From positions 62,230-126,229 of the forward strand of contig JAPOWB010000008.1 of the NCBI GenBank assembly GCA_026707815.1: DNA of 64,000 nucleotides, read 5' to 3'. This DNA is from Candidatus Saccharimonadota bacterium (GTDB lineage: Bacteria; Patescibacteriota; Saccharimonadia; Saccharimonadales; VXPC01). The position numbers and the translations under genes were made by a program. The notes below the pieces were generated by a model. It searched no databases and was not told where the DNA came from. It saw only the letters and a program-made list of their open reading frames with translations. Of this stretch, positions 49,832 through 60,885 are shown piece by piece (the first letter of the stretch is position 1; every line of letters starts with the position of its first letter).

Positions 49832-50602
49832 TTAGGGCAATAATTTTTTGCCATTTCCTTTAACTCCTGTATTTCCTTTGTAATATTTATCTTGAATCAC
49901 TGAGATTACTTGAGCTGTAAAGTTATCGCTTAAATGATCTATATGGTTATAAGCTTTTAAGACATCTATTTTAGAACTCAGTGCAAGCAAATCAGCCATT
50001 TCCAAACCACAAATGAGATGAATCTTTTGCCTGAATTTAATTTTATTATTGGCTAATCTGAGTTGAATATTAATCGAACTAGCAAAATCTGAGCTGGAGG
50101 CATAAAATTTACTGAAAGCTTCTTGAAGTTCTCTGTCTTCTTTTTTACCTCTAGATTCCGCCATCACGTCGCCACTGCTATTTTTGCTTAGTAAAAAGGA
50201 ACAGTATCTTTCCATGATGCAACGTAATCCCCAGTGATAAGGGTGAAACGGCTTAAGATATTTATCCTGATGCTTGTTCTTGTCTATAACGACTGTAATT
50301 ATCTGATAATCCACATCCCCCACCAAAGACAAAAAATCCTGGTTAAAGCTCTGCTTTATAGTTTCATCTTTAATAGCTATAAAATTATCCTTACCAGCCA
50401 TGATATCGCTTAGATGGAGAGGAGGCTTATCATCATAATCTTCATAAAAATATGATCTGATCTTTTCAATTTTGGGAATTACTTCTTTCTGATAAACTTC
50501 TTGCTTTAAGATAATACCCGTCAAACTCAGATAGCGTTGAGCCATAATTTGGCTACGATGATATCTATGATCTCCTGATTCGTCGATATAAAGCCTATAC
50601 AC
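49832..50602 (-). CDS. DUF3800-family protein
   Basis: It has an N-terminal YRLYIDESGD motif and is 256 aa. Confidence 0.5.
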   Translation of the reverse strand: MYRLYIDESGDHRYHRSQIMAQRYLSLTGIILKQEVYQKEVIPKIEKIRSYFYEDYDDKPPLHLSDIMAGKDNFIAIKDETIKQSFNQDFLSLVGDVDYQIITVVIDKNKHQDKYLKPFHPYHWGLRCIMERYCSFLLSKNSSGDVMAESRGKKEDRELQEAFSKFYASSSDFASSINIQLRLANNKIKFRQKIHLICGLEMADLLALSSKIDVLKAYNHIDHLSDNFTAQVISVIQDKYYKGNTGVKGNGKKLLP

Positions 50603-51188
50603 AATATTTTAAGTTTAACATGATGAACCATTTGATTATGCGCCTTTGTTTGGTTTGTGATTACTGGTTACTTTGGGTAGCTAAAGATTACACTACTATC
50701 CATGGCGCAGGAAGAAGAAGTCTTGCTATTATTGTTGTAGGCTTATTTATATATCTTGTCTTGGTCTGTAAGAGCGTTCCAAGCATCATCAGTCATTTTC
50801 ACACCAAAAGCTAAGAACAATGTGTTAGTTTTATTTATCTGCGATTTACTGTTTATAACTCTGCTTGGGTTCTAGTCTCTTTTTGCTATTAATGTGTTTT
50901 GACCCGGTGTTAGAGATATTCTATGAAGTGGTATAGAAGAACTCTTACCAGCTGTTTTTTAACTTAATATAAAAGCCTCCAAGTATTAGGAGTTTGATTG
51001 TTCAAATCCTTTTATCGTTAAAAAAGTTATTGAATATTAAGTTATTCAAGGCGATCTGTTAAAGCTTTGTCAATCTTCTTATGAGATTTCTCTGTTTCAA
51101 TGACATGAATATAAGAGGCAACTGATTGAATCGATCGATATCTAGAGAAGTATTTTAAATTATCTAAGGTTGTACCTTTGGTTTTGAC

Positions 51189-51264
51189 TGGTGCTCTCGC
51201 CGGGAATCGAACCCAGAGCTATTCTTTAGGAGAGAATTGTTTTATCCATTTAAACTACGAGAGC
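51189..51264 (-). tRNA. tRNA-Arg (CCU)
   Basis: The minus strand reads GCTCTCGTAGTTTAAATGGATAAAACAATTCTCTCCTAAAGAATAGCTCTGGGTTCGATTCCCGGCGAGAGCACCA. Confidence 0.8.
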
Positions 51265-51279
51265 TTGACAAAAACTAAT

Positions 51280-51864
51280 TCAAGTAAGCATAAATTGTTG
51301 ATGAACTGATTGGTAATCAAAAATTTCGTTTGGCGAAAACCAAATTTTTATTTCTAATTCAGCTTCCTCCTTGTTGCCAGAGGCATGAACTAAATTACGA
51401 ACTGATCGTTGAGTTGAATTAGCAACATGGGAAGAATCAAAAGAATAATCGCCATTAATAGTTCCCGGTAAAGCATCTGAAGGTAAGGTCGCCCCCCTAA
51501 TTTTACGAACAACGGAAATGGCATGTGGTCCAGCTAAAACTAACGCCCAGATTGGACCTGATTGCAAAAATTCAACATTATATTTCTGAATCTGAAGACC
51601 TAATTCATAAGGATCGTCTGTACCTGAAACATTTTTTGTATCAATGCCTAATTTCTTATCTGTTTCTAAGGTTGTTCGCCCCATGTTAATCAATAATTCT
51701 CTCCTAGCTGGAGGATAATGTTGATTAATTAAATCTGCTGTAGCCTGAAGCATTTTAGCAGCTATAATCTTTAAACCAACTCTTTCGAATCTGCGAATAA
51801 TTTCGCCAGTTAGCCCCCTAGCTACGGCGTCTGGTTTTAATAAAATTAAAGTCTGTTCAATCAT
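51280..51864 (-). CDS. ndk: Nucleoside diphosphate kinase with a C-terminal extension
   Basis: ILLKPDAVARGLTGEIIRRFERVGLKIIAAKML...HY. Confidence 0.7.
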   Translation of the reverse strand: MIEQTLILLKPDAVARGLTGEIIRRFERVGLKIIAAKMLQATADLINQHYPPARRELLINMGRTTLETDKKLGIDTKNVSGTDDPYELGLQIQKYNVEFLQSGPIWALVLAGPHAISVVRKIRGATLPSDALPGTINGDYSFDSSHVANSTQRSVRNLVHASGNKEEAELEIKIWFSPNEIFDYQSVHQQFMLT

Positions 51865-51875
51865 AACACTTGTTA

Positions 51876-52661
51876 TTATAGAATATTTAAATTCAAAAGA
51901 ATCAATAAACTTCCAGCTAAAACTAATCTATATATGCCGAATATCTTCAAAGAACGAGTTTCAACAATTTTAATTAAAAAATGAATGGTGATTAAACCAA
52001 TTCCAAAAGCCACAAGATTACCGATTAAAATTAATAACCAGCCTTGTTCAATTAACTCCCAGCCTGATGGAGATAGCCAAACCCTCAAAACAGCCCCCGA
52101 GATTAAAGGTAAAGCTAGCAAAAAACTCCATTTAACTGCTAAGTCTTTTTTGAATCCCAACCACAAACCAGTTAAAATCGTTGCTCCAGATCGAGAAGTC
52201 CCTGGTATAAGAGCTAAAGCTTGAGCTGAAGCAATTAAAAGAGTTTGACGCCAAGAAATTGCTGATAAATCGGCTACTTTCACCTTTGGGGGCGTTGTAA
52301 ACAACATCAAAATACCGCCCAAACTAAGCATCAAAATTAAAATAACCCAATAAGAAGACAAATTATTAATAAAATCAATCAACCAAAAACCCAGCAAACC
52401 CGCCGGCAAAGTGCTAATAACTATTTTTAAGACTAATTGCCAGTCACCCTGTTTTAAATCTTGCAATATTGATTTTAAAATACCTCGCAGAAAAAATATT
52501 AAAGCTGCCAAAGTTCCAATGTTGAGCAAAACATAGGCTTCAAAAGATTTTTCAAATTCAAAAAATTGGCTGACTAGGAGTAAATGGGCTGAACTAGAGA
52601 TAGGTAAAAACTCGGTCAGACCCTGAATCATCCCCCAAGACAGGCTCAGCAAATATTCCAT
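51876..52661 (-). CDS. uppP: Undecaprenyl-diphosphatase
   Basis: MIQGLTEFLPISSSAHLLL...PGTSRSGATI. Confidence 0.85.
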   Translation of the reverse strand: MEYLLSLSWGMIQGLTEFLPISSSAHLLLVSQFFEFEKSFEAYVLLNIGTLAALIFFLRGILKSILQDLKQGDWQLVLKIVISTLPAGLLGFWLIDFINNLSSYWVILILMLSLGGILMLFTTPPKVKVADLSAISWRQTLLIASAQALALIPGTSRSGATILTGLWLGFKKDLAVKWSFLLALPLISGAVLRVWLSPSGWELIEQGWLLILIGNLVAFGIGLITIHFLIKIVETRSLKIFGIYRLVLAGSLLILLNLNIL

Positions 52662-52948
52662 ATTCTCTCTTATTTTATACTAAATACCTAGCTAGAGGAG
52701 ATTAATTAGCTTGATTGAAAGCCAATTGATATCATCAAATATTAATGATATGGACTGGTTAGTCAATATATTATTAGATATATTGCTCCCTAGCTCCAAA
52801 GATGCATTAGAGTGATTACCAAAATTGCTTTAATAGTCTGCGTTTTGCTTTGCTAATAGCACTGGCTTTACTATTTACTTGGATTATTTACTTAACGCTT
52901 CCCAATTTAGTCAGTTCTCTGGCATGTCATTTCTGACAAAATGACAGC

Positions 52949-54166
52949 TCAACCTGCCCCAAAGCTCGGATTATCTTGTATCAAAGAATAAACTGGTAGT
53001 AAAATAGCTAAAACAATAACTATAGCTATGCCGCCGACAGTTAAGATTAGAACTGGCTCCATAGTTGTTGTCAAAGCTTTGATTTGCTTATCGACTTCTT
53101 TTTCATAATAAACAGCTGCCTTTAAAAGCATTTCTTCAGTCCGACCAGATTGTTCACCGATACTAATCATACTGGGAACTAAATCTAGAAATAATGGCTC
53201 ATTCTCTAAAGATGAAGATAGACTTTTGCCCTCTCTAACTAAGCTGGAACTTCGGTTGATAGCAGCTTCTAGATGCATATTATTAATTCCCTTAGCTATG
53301 ATAGCTAGGGTTTCCAATAAATTAACCCCCGAAGCGAATAAAGTTCCAACCGTTCTAGTAAATCGAGCCATATAAACTTTCGACATTAAACTTTTAACAG
53401 CTGGAAATTTTAATTTGCTATGATCAGCAAAACTCTTGCCTTTGGGGGTTTTTAAAGCTCTATTAAGAGCTATCACTGCACCTAAAGCGACCAAGATATA
53501 AACGTAATAATAATCAACCAAAGAATCAGAAACAGCAATTAAAACTCTGGTAATCCAAGGTAGAGGCTTGTCAAATTGTTCATAAAAAACAACTACTTGA
53601 GGTAGGACGAAAATTAACATAAAAGAAACTACTCCAATAATGACAAAAACGACAATAATCGGATAAATTAAAGCCCCTTTGATTTTACTGACTAGATCAC
53701 CATCTTTTTCCTGTTGAATGGCAAGTCTTTCTAGAGAGGTATCTAAAGTTCCAGAAGCCTCGCCTGCTTTAACTAAATTAATATAAATCTGATCAAAATA
53801 TTTAGGATACTCAGCTAAAGCATCAGAAAACGCCGATCCTGATTCGATACTACTAACAATATCATCAATAATTCTCTTCAAATTCTTATTTTTCATCTGC
53901 AAAGATGTCTGTTGCAAGCTTTGAAGCAAAGGTAAACCGGCTGAAATTAAAGTTGACAATTGATTTGTGAAGAGAATTTTATCCCGACGTTTAATACGAC
54001 CCGTTAAACCTCCCAGCAAATTAGCTCGCTTTTGTTTGGCTTGAATGGGCTGTAAACCCCGTTCTAAAACTAAATTGGTCGCCTCATTTTGATTGTTGGC
54101 ACTAATATTGACTGAAACCTGTTTACCGGTACTAGGATCAATAGTTTTATAAATATAATCAGGCAT
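52949..54166 (-). CDS. pilC: Type IV pilus assembly platform protein PilC (GspF family)
   Basis: It has two T2SSF repeats and three TM segments; it is 405 aa. Confidence 0.8.
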   Translation of the reverse strand: MPDYIYKTIDPSTGKQVSVNISANNQNEATNLVLERGLQPIQAKQKRANLLGGLTGRIKRRDKILFTNQLSTLISAGLPLLQSLQQTSLQMKNKNLKRIIDDIVSSIESGSAFSDALAEYPKYFDQIYINLVKAGEASGTLDTSLERLAIQQEKDGDLVSKIKGALIYPIIVVFVIIGVVSFMLIFVLPQVVVFYEQFDKPLPWITRVLIAVSDSLVDYYYVYILVALGAVIALNRALKTPKGKSFADHSKLKFPAVKSLMSKVYMARFTRTVGTLFASGVNLLETLAIIAKGINNMHLEAAINRSSSLVREGKSLSSSLENEPLFLDLVPSMISIGEQSGRTEEMLLKAAVYYEKEVDKQIKALTTTMEPVLILTVGGIAIVIVLAILLPVYSLIQDNPSFGAG

Positions 54167-54169
54167 ATT

Positions 54170-55234
54170 TTACATTCCTTGGGTTAAATTCTTGAAAGCT
54201 GAAGGATTGCGAGCTACTTTCAAGCCATTGTCATAAGTTATAATGCCAGCCTGAACCATTTTTGCTAAAGTTTGATCCATGCCCTGCATGCCAAGAGCGG
54301 CATTGCCCTGAATAATAGAATCAATCTGATGAATTTTGGATTCTCGAATCAAGTTGCTAACAGCTGAATCAACGATTAAGATTTCTGTTGCTACCGATCT
54401 TGTCCCCTCAATATTGGGGACTAAGTATTGGGCGCAAGTAGCTTTTAAGGTATTACTCAATTGAATACGAATCTGAGCTTGTTGGTGAGGTGGAAAAACA
54501 TCAATGATACGATTGATGGTCTGAGGAGCTGAATTAGTATGCAGAGTTCCAAAAACCAAATGTCCTGTTTCAGCGATTGTCAATGCTGCTGAGATAGTTT
54601 CTAAATCTCTTAACTCACCAACTAAAACTATATCCGGATCTTGTCTTAATGCTGATCTTAAAGCTGCCGCAAATGAATAAGTATCATAATGGACTTCTCT
54701 TTGAACAACAATCGACCTTTTAGAGGAATGAACAAATTCAATAGGATCTTCAATGGTAATAATTCGTTCCTTACGTTCTTCGTTGATTTTATGAATTAAA
54801 GCTGCCATTGATGATGACTTACCAGAACCAGTCGGACCAGTGAATAAAACCAAGCCCTGCTTATATTGGGCAAATGTACTGACAACCGCTGGCAAACCCA
54901 AATCATCCAAACTGGGAATCCGACTGGGAATTAATCTCAAAGAAGCGGCTAAATTCCCTTTTTCGTGAAAAACATTGACTCGAAATCTACCTAACTCCCC
55001 AAAAGAAAAACCACAGTCTACTTCTTTATTCTTTAATAAAATACTCTTTTGCTCATCGTCTAAAATGGCAAAGATTAAACTCTCTATATCCGCAGGAGTT
55101 AGAGGTTTTTGGGCAATAATTTCTATTAGCTCACCTTGTTGGCGAACCATTGGCAAAGTCCCAACCTGCAGATGTAAATCAGACGCACCTAAATTAACAA
55201 CCTCCTGCAGTAATACTTCAATTCTCAAATCCAT
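54170..55234 (-). CDS. pilT: Type IV pilus retraction ATPase PilT
   Basis: LVLFTGPTGSGKSSSMAAL...ITIEDPIEF...GHLVFGTLHTNSA; it is 354 aa. Confidence 0.85.
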   Translation of the reverse strand: MDLRIEVLLQEVVNLGASDLHLQVGTLPMVRQQGELIEIIAQKPLTPADIESLIFAILDDEQKSILLKNKEVDCGFSFGELGRFRVNVFHEKGNLAASLRLIPSRIPSLDDLGLPAVVSTFAQYKQGLVLFTGPTGSGKSSSMAALIHKINEERKERIITIEDPIEFVHSSKRSIVVQREVHYDTYSFAAALRSALRQDPDIVLVGELRDLETISAALTIAETGHLVFGTLHTNSAPQTINRIIDVFPPHQQAQIRIQLSNTLKATCAQYLVPNIEGTRSVATEILIVDSAVSNLIRESKIHQIDSIIQGNAALGMQGMDQTLAKMVQAGIITYDNGLKVARNPSAFKNLTQGM

Positions 55235-55299
55235 AGTCTTTGAGTATTACCCCACCACATTTCTTGCATAAAATTAATTATAAAAAATTGTTTGAATTT

Positions 55300-57141
55300 T
55301 TACACGCTATTATGAGAGATTACTCTATCAACTTCAGAAATTGTTGTTAAACCAGCTAAAGCTTTCAAGTAGCCGTCTTGACGCATAGTGATCATACCTT
55401 CCTTCTGAGCTATTTCTTGAATTGCACTACTGGGAGCTCTTTTAATGATTAAATCTTGAATAGCTTCAGTCACAGCAAAAGCCTCATAAATACCTACTCG
55501 ACCCTTGTAGCCATTATTAGCATCATGTCGATCAATACCTCTATATAGAGTATAAGCATTATCATCTATGGATGGCAAAGTATTATAACCGAGTAATTTG
55601 TGCAGAGCTGTCAATTCCTCACCCGACACATTCTTAGAAGCTAAAACTCCCGATAAAGTCTGTTTAATACTTTCAGTTTCAATGGGATTGGATTGATATT
55701 CTTCTTGCTCATCAGTATTTTTACGAAGCAACCTCTGCCCAATAACAACTCGAATAGTGGAGGCAATTAAAAATGGCTCAATACCCATATCTAAAAGCCT
55801 AGGCAAGATTCCAGCCACCGAATTAGTGTGCAAGGTGCTAAAGACCAAATGTCCCGTCAAAGAAGCTTGAATAGCTAGTTGAGCAGTTTCAGCGTCACGA
55901 ATCTCACCAACCATAATCACATCAGGGTCTTGTCGCAAAATTGATTTTAAACCACTGGCGAAAGTTAATCCAATGCTAGGATTGACTTGAATTTGATTAA
56001 CTCCAGCTAATTTATATTCAGCTGGATCTTCTAAGGTGATAATCTTAACTGAATCACTCAAGATTTCTTGCAATAAAGTATAAAGAGAGGTCGTCTTACC
56101 CGAACCAGTTGGACCAGAAGTTAAAATCATGCCTGAGGATTGTTTGAGAGCTTCTCTAATAACCTGTAAACTTTTACCACAATAACCCAAATTCTCTAAT
56201 CTGCCTGACATAACACCAGTACGATCCAGAATTCTCATAATAACCTGTTCGCCCCAAACAGTTGGAGAGACAGCTACACGCAAATCAATATTTTTACCAT
56301 TAACATTAATGACAAATTCACCATCTTGAGGCAATCTTTTTTCATCAACTTTCAGCTGAGCACAAATTTTAACCCTAGCTATTAAGCCCGCCTCTAAGGC
56401 TTTAGGGAATTTAGTGATTGGAACTAAAACTCCGTCTATTCTTATTCTGACTCTAACATCAAACTCTTGAGATTCAATATGTATATCAGATGCTTTAGCG
56501 CCAACTGCATATTGCAAAATATTCGTCAGAGCTTTTGAGGCTGGGGATTCCTCAGCCATAGTTTCAGATACTTCAATCTCATTTTTTGTTCGCTTCAGAG
56601 GACTAAGAAAAGAAGGTTTGGGTTGATTCTGTTTAGCTTTTAATTTCTGGGCATCTCTTTCAGAATTCTCCAGTTTTTTGATTATTTCTTGAGTTTTAAT
56701 CTTAACTTCATATTGCCCCAAAACATTGCGAATACTAGTCTTTGAAGCTAAATGAATATCTAAATCTCTGCCTAAAAGTTTGGTCAAAAAATCAACTTTT
56801 TGAATATCGCCAGCTTCATACATGGCCACCAATAATTTGCCATTTGATTCGCCCACAGCTACTGCTTGATACTCCTTGGCAAGCTTTTCAGAAATTAAGT
56901 CCAAAGTTTTAGGATGGATTTCAGTGCTAGTCAAATTGACATAGGGTAAATTACTAGTTTGGGCGACTATACGAGTCAATGCTTCTTCGTCGACAAGTTT
57001 CTGTTTAATCAAGTAATCAAAGATATCTGTGCCAGCAGATTTGCTTTGATTTAGAGCTTTCTTGATTTGAGTAGCTGACAGCAGATTATCTGATTTGAGA
57101 GTGTCTAATATCTGATCTTTTTTCTGAGAGAGTAACCTCAT
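55300..57141 (-). CDS. pilB: Type IV pilus assembly ATPase PilB (GspE family)
   Basis: It has an N-terminal GspE_N domain, ILTSGPTGSGKTTSLY, ITLEDPAEY and GHLVFSTLHTNS; it is 613 aa. Confidence 0.85.
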   Translation of the reverse strand: MRLLSQKKDQILDTLKSDNLLSATQIKKALNQSKSAGTDIFDYLIKQKLVDEEALTRIVAQTSNLPYVNLTSTEIHPKTLDLISEKLAKEYQAVAVGESNGKLLVAMYEAGDIQKVDFLTKLLGRDLDIHLASKTSIRNVLGQYEVKIKTQEIIKKLENSERDAQKLKAKQNQPKPSFLSPLKRTKNEIEVSETMAEESPASKALTNILQYAVGAKASDIHIESQEFDVRVRIRIDGVLVPITKFPKALEAGLIARVKICAQLKVDEKRLPQDGEFVINVNGKNIDLRVAVSPTVWGEQVIMRILDRTGVMSGRLENLGYCGKSLQVIREALKQSSGMILTSGPTGSGKTTSLYTLLQEILSDSVKIITLEDPAEYKLAGVNQIQVNPSIGLTFASGLKSILRQDPDVIMVGEIRDAETAQLAIQASLTGHLVFSTLHTNSVAGILPRLLDMGIEPFLIASTIRVVIGQRLLRKNTDEQEEYQSNPIETESIKQTLSGVLASKNVSGEELTALHKLLGYNTLPSIDDNAYTLYRGIDRHDANNGYKGRVGIYEAFAVTEAIQDLIIKRAPSSAIQEIAQKEGMITMRQDGYLKALAGLTTISEVDRVISHNSV

Positions 57142-57657
57142 AAATTTCTTGGATAATATTTATGTTTGTTTTGAATAAATTAATACCCTAATTATACTGA
57201 ATTACCCCTAAATTAGCTGTTGTGTTTTGAGGGAATTATGTAGCAGAAGGAATTTACAGAGGGTAATTTATCGTATTTACAATTACATTACATCGGATTT
57301 TAAGGATAAAGTATGACTAAAAAGAAAGAGCCTTTAAAACTAGTTAGCCAAGTTGATGGTAAGCCTTTTATTGAGATTGATTTAGAAAGCAATGTAGCTG
57401 TCTTAAAAGCTCCTCAAATTGAGGCTACTACTTTATATGGGGTTGAGAGGATTTAGAGCTTTTTATAAGCAAGTTGCCAAGTGAGTTAACTGCCATCAAA
57501 AAGATTTTAGATGTCTATAAAGCCGAATGGCTGAAAAAAGCCTTATAAAACAAATTAGATTTTGCAACATCAAGCCTATCCCCAATATTTTTAAGATAAT
57601 TCAGTAGCCAATCAAAAAGCTCCTTTAATAAGGAGCTTTATTGATGCCTATCTAATC

Positions 57658-58800
57658 CTAGTTATTGGTATATTCGTAGCTATAAATCTTCCAAATACCC
57701 GAAGCATAGGCTGGATAATCACTAGTACCATCAGCATAAGTATTACAACCTCCTTTGGATATGGCTATTTCTGTAGTTTGCTTCCTAGCATTATTATAGT
57801 TGTACTTCTTATTGGGGTGGTGTTCATGGACAATTGAGCCAGCTTTAATAGTGATATTTGAGCTGTGCGGGGCAACACTACTTACATCGCCTTGTTGCGT
57901 CATACCAACATAGCAACGGTAAACAACTGGAGCAGGGGGAGTAGATAAACCATCTAGACAAACTTTAACTGGCATATCTTTCATACCATCTTTAATATTG
58001 GGGTATTTAAAAGCACACACTGTGGCTGTATTTGTTGGCATTTGTACTTTACTCCAATCAGCTATACCAGTCTCCTTGTTAATTACAGGATAATTGATGT
58101 TAGCAAGAACTGATCCGTTGCTATCTAAAGCCATTAAATCAAATTGCAAACCTGCAGGTCTTATCCTTTTCTCACTGATTAACCAACCATTTTTATGTAT
58201 AAAAGTACCACCACCGAATAAATCACCTGTATATTTGTTAGCTACTCTGCGCTTTTTACCAAAAGGCACACAAATCCATCGCCTCATTTTGTCATCTTGG
58301 TGATGATGTTTAGAGGTGAGACCAAAATAAACTTCTGCGAAAGTTCCGTTGTAGGGGTTGTCTACTACGCCATCACCATCGGGGTCAGGAACATAAGTGG
58401 CAGATTGTCCATTCTGATACCAAATCTGCCTACTTATTATTGGTTTCGTAGTATCACCATCTCTGTGTACATTAACAACATTAGCGATTTTATGGTAGGT
58501 ATGACAATCACCACCACTTTTATCATGGTTTTTTACATAGACTACTGATTTTGTTTGGGCTTGTATATTAATTTCACATTCAATGTTATTGTCTCTATCA
58601 GGGAGGCAAACTAATTTTGTAAGCTGTCTATTTCTGTGCAGAAATACTTGGGTTTGTTCTACGCCTGTTTTAGTTTGAGCTTTAGCTTGATGACTAAATA
58701 AGAGAACTGCTACTAAGAAAGCCAATAATAAGATAGCAGATAAAACTAGATAAACTAGTTGGGGGGGGGTATTTTTTAAAAAATTGTAAGGCTTAAACAT
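57658..58800 (-). CDS. Hypothetical exported or membrane-anchored protein inside the pilus operon. It carries a C9 tract at codons 10-13
   Basis: The N-terminal TM helix is LVYLVLSAILLLAFLVAVLLF. G9 on the plus strand at 58761-58769 is C9 in the coding strand (codons ACC CCC CCC CAA). Confidence 0.4.
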   Translation of the reverse strand: MFKPYNFLKNTPPQLVYLVLSAILLLAFLVAVLLFSHQAKAQTKTGVEQTQVFLHRNRQLTKLVCLPDRDNNIECEINIQAQTKSVVYVKNHDKSGGDCHTYHKIANVVNVHRDGDTTKPIISRQIWYQNGQSATYVPDPDGDGVVDNPYNGTFAEVYFGLTSKHHHQDDKMRRWICVPFGKKRRVANKYTGDLFGGGTFIHKNGWLISEKRIRPAGLQFDLMALDSNGSVLANINYPVINKETGIADWSKVQMPTNTATVCAFKYPNIKDGMKDMPVKVCLDGLSTPPAPVVYRCYVGMTQQGDVSSVAPHSSNITIKAGSIVHEHHPNKKYNYNNARKQTTEIAISKGGCNTYADGTSDYPAYASGIWKIYSYEYTNN

Positions 58801-58935
58801 AATTATTATTCTTTCAAAGATTGTTATTTATTGCTTTTATAATATCACATGATGGGAAACTGGCTTTAGCCCCATCTGCTACATAATTCCCTGTTTTGAG
58901 AATATATACCCAGAGTTGAGATTTTGTGAAATAAA

Positions 58936-59172
58936 TTATTGATTGCCTGGAATGCGAGTGGTTTCAAAATAATCCAAAGACTGATGATTGAAATATTTTT
59001 CATCTAATTGAAAGGCATTCTCTAAATCATGACCCCCAATATCTGTAACTGTTTGATAAGTTTCAGTTTTATTAGAATCAATTCCATCAACAAATAAATG
59101 GACTAAAAGAAAGCTAACAATAATAGCCCCCAAAGCGACCCCCATAGCTGATAGCCAATATTTCTGTGACAT
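58936..59172 (-). CDS. Small membrane protein
   Basis: It is 78 aa with one TM helix. Confidence 0.3.
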   Translation of the reverse strand: MSQKYWLSAMGVALGAIIVSFLLVHLFVDGIDSNKTETYQTVTDIGGHDLENAFQLDEKYFNHQSLDYFETTRIPGNQ

Positions 59173-59247
59173 AAATATTACCCCTTTTTTAGAGAATTCT
59201 TACATTTACTTAAATTTAATCTTATCATTTTCTCTACGCAACTCTCA

Positions 59248-59991
59248 CTAGGGATTTGGAACATTTTGAGGGATACTTTGCTCTGAAGTAATGGAAATTG
59301 GTATTTTTGGCTTGATATAGGTTTCTAAATTTAGACTAATACTGAGGCAACTATCAGAAGCATCCTCAGCGTTAGCACTGGTCGAACCTTTAAAATCTAC
59401 AGTAATCTCGGTAATCCTCATAGGTCTGATTAATTTATCTAAATCAGCAAAAAATTCTTCAAAAGTTTTACATTTAGACGACCCTCCTTCATTTAATTTT
59501 AAATTAGTAACCGTCATGGTCATATCAGAAATTGGAATAACTCCTGCTGGCAAATCTGTTCTATCAGCAGTGGCTGTATCTAAACTGATAGAATCGGGAA
59601 TTTCCACATTGCCAATATATTGTTCCTCTTTTAAGAAATTATCTAGACTTAGGCGAAAAGTTAAAGCATCATATTCTGTGGGCAAAGCTCTGAGGATTAA
59701 AACCTCATTAGTCACATCAGATTGATTGGGATGCGTGACAATTGCCCCATCTCGAAAATCTTTAAAATTCTGAACCAAAGTTTCAATGCTTTGTTTATGT
59801 TGCTGAGCTTGGTTGAGATTCTGCTGCTTTTGCAAAATTACAACCTGCTGATATTCTCGACGATCTAAATATTTTTTGGTAGTAAATAAAGTTATACAAA
59901 TTAAGGCAACTAGAACGGCTAAAATAATCAACGTAATATGATGATTGTGACTAATCTTAGTTTGTTTGGTTTGGAATGAAGTAGTTGCCAT
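59248..59991 (-). CDS. PilO-like bitopic membrane protein (tentative)
   Basis: It has an N-terminal TM helix and a coiled-coil segment, and it lies downstream of pilN. Confidence 0.3.
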   Translation of the reverse strand: MATTSFQTKQTKISHNHHITLIILAVLVALICITLFTTKKYLDRREYQQVVILQKQQNLNQAQQHKQSIETLVQNFKDFRDGAIVTHPNQSDVTNEVLILRALPTEYDALTFRLSLDNFLKEEQYIGNVEIPDSISLDTATADRTDLPAGVIPISDMTMTVTNLKLNEGGSSKCKTFEEFFADLDKLIRPMRITEITVDFKGSTSANAEDASDSCLSISLNLETYIKPKIPISITSEQSIPQNVPNP

Positions 59992-59996
59992 ATCCT

Positions 59997-60881
59997 TTAT
60001 TCCTCAGCTGGAGCTTCTATTCTTCTACTTTGACAGTTGTGTGTCGGTTTGGCATCAAAATCATCGGAAGATATAATTTCGGGAGTTACTAATGTGAGAT
60101 TGTCGAAATATTCATCTAAGTTTTTCAGAGCATGGTTATAATCCGGATGATGTTTATAGGCTGATGGAGATTCCTGACCGATCTGCGAATATTTCAAAGC
60201 TAGACTTTCAAATAATTTCGGTTCAAACCTGCCAGTAATACTGTAGTTTAAAGCTTGAGCTTCATCATCTGAAGTACTGGTATTAGCCCTGAGATTTGGA
60301 AAACTGGTTAGAGTAATTGGATATTCGCGATATTCTCTATTTTCTAAAGTACAACCCTCTTTGAGTCCAATATATAAAAGACTATCTCTCAATTGTATAC
60401 CTTCGCTCAAACTGTGCGTTTGACCACTAATACTGAAAGTTCCTTCCAAGAAATTGAAATTAATCTGTTCATATGTCCCCAAATCTTTAGAGATTAAAGA
60501 ATCTAAATAGTGTAACCGATGGAAGCTGAATAAACGCTCCACTTCGGGTTTGAGTTTATGTAAATCTCCTAAAGCTTCCAGTTGACTTCGAACAGTTAAG
60601 ATTTTGTCAAAACCTAAAGCTGGTTTATCATCATCGACTTCAACCTCAACTTCAATAACTCCAGCTGCTAAGTCATTGATTGACTTAATAACTTTAGTGG
60701 TGGTTTGATCTAATTCTTCTATTTTTGAAGGGTGGCTAATGTTGACCTGATAATAAAGCCAGCTGAAGAGACCGAGGCAAATCGGAGTGACGATAATTAA
60801 TAAACCAGTTAAAAATCTCCTGAATTTTTGGATGCGAACGAATTCTATTTTGATTTTGGGCAATAAATTGACAAAGATCAT
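59997..60881 (-). CDS. pilN: PilN-like protein
   Basis: It has an N-terminal VNLLPKIK motif (the PilN INLLP signature) followed by a TM helix. Confidence 0.5.
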   Translation of the reverse strand: MIFVNLLPKIKIEFVRIQKFRRFLTGLLIIVTPICLGLFSWLYYQVNISHPSKIEELDQTTTKVIKSINDLAAGVIEVEVEVDDDKPALGFDKILTVRSQLEALGDLHKLKPEVERLFSFHRLHYLDSLISKDLGTYEQINFNFLEGTFSISGQTHSLSEGIQLRDSLLYIGLKEGCTLENREYREYPITLTSFPNLRANTSTSDDEAQALNYSITGRFEPKLFESLALKYSQIGQESPSAYKHHPDYNHALKNLDEYFDNLTLVTPEIISSDDFDAKPTHNCQSRRIEAPAEE

Positions 60882-60885
60882 CTCT

